Part shown: positions 61,882-64,000 of the stretch, in pieces
Numbering within the stretch: position 1 is the stretch's first letter
Layout: each line of letters starts with the position of its first letter
Source of the DNA: an uncultured delta proteobacterium
GTDB lineage: Bacteria > Myxococcota_A > Polyangia > Polyangiales > B10-G4
Direction of reading: 5' to 3'
DNA: 64,000 bases
Assembly (NCBI GenBank): GCA_963727445.1
Contig: CAVSGI010000014.1
Location: 256,001 to 320,000, forward strand
The notes under the pieces: model-generated
Databases searched by the model: none
Told to the model about the DNA's origin: nothing
What the model saw: the letters and a program-made list of their open reading frames with translations, nothing else
Translations under genes and position numbers: made by a program

Positions 61882-62472
61882 ATGGGTGACCCCGCTCAGA
61901 ATCCCCGCGCACAGCAGATCCTCGACGCCGCCGAGGCCCTCCTCACCGCGGAGGGGTACGAAGCGCTGAGCGCCAAGGCGGTGGCGGACCGCGCGGGGGT
62001 GAACAAGGCGCTCGTCTTCTACTACTGGGCCAGCACCGACGCGCTCTTCGACAAGGTGCTCGAGCGCTACTACGCGCGGCACAAGGCCGAGCTCGCCGCC
62101 GCCTTCGAGGGACAGGGCACGCTCAGCGAGCAGCTGCATCGCGTGGTCGACGTCCTCTTCGACTCGATGGGCCGAACGCCAGCCTACCCGCGCATCGTTC
62201 AGCACCAGGTCAGCGGCAACGGCCCGCACCGCGCGCTGGTGCTCGCGCATCTCGCCGAGGTCCAGAGCCGCGTCGCGGCGCTCCTCGCGGATCACGTCCC
62301 CGTGAGCGGCCACCTCTCTGCGCGCCACTTCCACCTGAGCCTGTCGGCGGTGATCATCAACTTCTTCACCTACGGCCCGGCGTACGGCCTGTCGCCCGAA
62401 GAGGATCTCGACGAGCGCCGACAGCACGTGCACTGGCTCGTGGACGCGTGGCTCTCGGCGCTGGAGGTCTAA
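61882..62472 (+). CDS. TetR/AcrR family transcriptional regulator
   Basis: [38 protein letters not shown]. Confidence 0.9.
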   Translation: MGDPAQNPRAQQILDAAEALLTAEGYEALSAKAVADRAGVNKALVFYYWASTDALFDKVLERYYARHKAELAAAFEGQGTLSEQLHRVVDVLFDSMGRTPAYPRIVQHQVSGNGPHRALVLAHLAEVQSRVAALLADHVPVSGHLSARHFHLSLSAVIINFFTYGPAYGLSPEEDLDERRQHVHWLVDAWLSALEV

Positions 62473-62473
62473 C

Positions 62474-63010
62474 TCAGCGCTCAGGCACGCAGTAGCCGCC
62501 TTCACAAGCCGCGGATATCGAAGTGTCCACGCGGCCGTATCCGCAGCGAACGTGACGCCTGAGGAGCGCGTCGACGCGATCGGCGAAGGCCTCTCGCGCG
62601 CTCACGCTCACCGCCTCGGTCGGACCGCAGAGGCCCTCGGCCACCACGCAATCCTCGTCGCTCTCGCAGCGGTGCTCCGTGGGCGGGCCCAGCAGCGCGA
62701 CGCACGCGCCCGACACGCAGGCGGCGGTGGTGTCGGAGGCCGCGATGACTTCCGCGCTGCACGAGCGGTGACGCCCGCGCACCTCGATCATCCGCTCCAT
62801 CTCGCGCACGTGCTCCGCGTTGACCGGCGTGGGGCTTCCGCACACGCCCGACAGCACGCGACAGTCCGCGTGCGTCTCGCAAACCGACCGCGGATCGGAC
62901 GGGGTCGCCGGAGACTCACCCACCTCCGAGAGCTGGGCCGCCGCTCCGGTCTCGGCCCCCTCGTCGCATCCGGCGAGGAGCAAGAGCGCGACGAGCGCGC
63001 ACGCTCTCAT
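62474..63010 (-). CDS. Cys-rich lipoprotein with two repeated six-Cys modules
   Basis: [15 protein letters not shown] lipobox; CExxxDCxVxxGxCG...C...AACxxGxCV occurs twice; ATGA overlap with plsC. Confidence 0.7.
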   Translation of the reverse strand: MRACALVALLLLAGCDEGAETGAAAQLSEVGESPATPSDPRSVCETHADCRVLSGVCGSPTPVNAEHVREMERMIEVRGRHRSCSAEVIAASDTTAACVSGACVALLGPPTEHRCESDEDCVVAEGLCGPTEAVSVSAREAFADRVDALLRRHVRCGYGRVDTSISAACEGGYCVPER

Positions 63011-63756
63011 CCCTGCTCGCTTTCGGCCCCGTCGTAGTCCGGCAACCCGCTCTCGATGACCGCGCGGACGTCCTTCATCAGCTCCGCGCGCTTCTTCACG
63101 CCGTACGCGCCGGGATCGATCGGCGGATGGAAACGAACATCGGCGCGCTGGCCCTTGCGAACGCGCCAGTCCTTCGAGGGGAGGATGTCGCGCGTGCCGG
63201 AGATGCTGACCGGAAGGATCGGGATCCCGGTTCCGAGCGCCAGCATGAAGCCGCCCTTCTTGAAGGGCAGCATCGTTCCGCTCTGACTTCGCGTGCCCTC
63301 GGGCGCGATCCAGACGTTGATGCCGGAGTCCATCTTGTCGCGCGCGTATTCGAGCGCGGCGCGCGCCCGCCGGTGGTTCTGCCGATCGATGGGGATGAAC
63401 TCCGCGGCGACCATCGCCTGCCCCATGATCGGCAGCACGAATGTCTCCTTCTTCGCCACCATGCGCATGTGTCCCGGGAACGCGCAGAAGAGGGCGAAGA
63501 TGTCGTACATCGACTGATGGTTCGACATCAGCAGATAGGTCTTCGAACGATCGATGTTCTCGAGTCCGTGGGAGACGAGCTCGGCTTCGGCGAGGGACAT
63601 GGCCCGGCGCGCCCACTCGTCGAGCCGCCGGGTGCACGTCTTCCGCTCGACCCTGCCGAGAGCCGTCTCGACCACGGTCGGCGTGCAGATCCGAAAGGTC
63701 TCCGCGAGCTGAAGGGGCAGGACGAAAGGACTCGGGCCGAGCATCCTCGGCTTCAT
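63007..63756 (-). CDS. plsC: 1-acyl-sn-glycerol-3-phosphate acyltransferase
   Basis: SNHQSMYD, VAKKE, IPIDR, PEGTRS, PFKKGGF. Confidence 0.88.
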   Translation of the reverse strand: MKPRMLGPSPFVLPLQLAETFRICTPTVVETALGRVERKTCTRRLDEWARRAMSLAEAELVSHGLENIDRSKTYLLMSNHQSMYDIFALFCAFPGHMRMVAKKETFVLPIMGQAMVAAEFIPIDRQNHRRARAALEYARDKMDSGINVWIAPEGTRSQSGTMLPFKKGGFMLALGTGIPILPVSISGTRDILPSKDWRVRKGQRADVRFHPPIDPGAYGVKKRAELMKDVRAVIESGLPDYDGAESEQG

Positions 63757-63787
63757 AGCCAAAATGGCGGGGAGGCGAAAGCCGAAG

Positions 63788-64000
63788 TCAGTAGCTCCAG
63801 CCGCGCATCCGACCCTTGACCGCCGAAAGCCGGCGGAGCAGGTGCTGACGGTTCCGGTCGAGGAAAGCGGCCGCGAAGATCAGCACCACCCCGAAAACCG
63901 TCAGGCTTCCCCAGTGGGTCAGCGCCTCGATCCGGAGGGTCAGAATGCCGACGTGCGCGAGCCCCGCGAGGGCCGCGACGATCCCGAGGACGATGACGGC
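63788..64000 (-). CDS. C-terminus of a membrane protein (partial)
   Basis: Open frame from the window edge: AVIVLGIVAALAGL...WGSLTVFGVVLIFAAAFLDRNR...GWSY-stop. Confidence 0.6.
   Translation of the reverse strand, partial: AVIVLGIVAALAGLAHVGILTLRIEALTHWGSLTVFGVVLIFAAAFLDRNRQHLLRRLSAVKGRMRGWSY

Noticed and set aside
59989..62505. Apparent 838-aa protein, and similar N-terminal extensions of ORFs 2203..4239, 58502..59980, 62474..63637 and 36372..38051
   Set aside because: The extensions read through antisense neighbours or intergenic DNA; better starts with RBS or signal peptides lie downstream.
1..64000. tRNA/rRNA genes, prophage, IS elements or defence island
   Set aside because: No recognisable cloverleaf, rRNA, transposase, integrase or phage genes were seen, and composition looks uniform by eye.

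Overview
This is high-GC chromosomal DNA. The gene content points to a myxobacterium, probably Polyangiales/Sandaracinus-like (inferred from Cys-rich lipoproteins with D(S/A)G linkers, a Hanks kinase and a myxobacterial-type PUFA synthase). About 38 protein-coding genes can be supported. No rRNA, tRNA, CRISPR array, transposase or integrase is visible. The centrepiece is a three-gene PUFA-synthase operon at 38194-53962: pfa1/pfaD (ER); pfa2/pfaA (KS-MAT-3xACP-KR-DH); and pfa3 (KS-short CLF-FabA-type DHs-PKS DH-acyltransferase, no AT domain visible). It is transcribed divergently from a tandem pair of giant alpha-2-macroglobulin-like genes that lack the thioester motif and each embed a GspG-like motif. 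The most unusual signal is a 96-nt element with fixed spacing and a conserved hairpin, present 8 times. Seven copies are in-frame in pfa2/pfa3 inter-domain linkers and one is non-coding on the opposite strand in the macroglobulin leader; all lie on the transcribed strand. Other non-coding signals: two identical back-to-back ECF-type promoters (CCGATCC-N16-CGTAGAC) before a HupE/UreJ-propeller-DUF4331-TPR operon and a small beta-barrel gene; a Y-shaped element with a perfect 28-bp stem at 23877-24062; a hairpin-rich region after rtcB; and a TetR double palindrome. Many long genes are broken by frameshifts that look like long-read consensus errors, so their internal coordinates are approximate. 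Family assignments come from motif recognition by eye, not from database searches.
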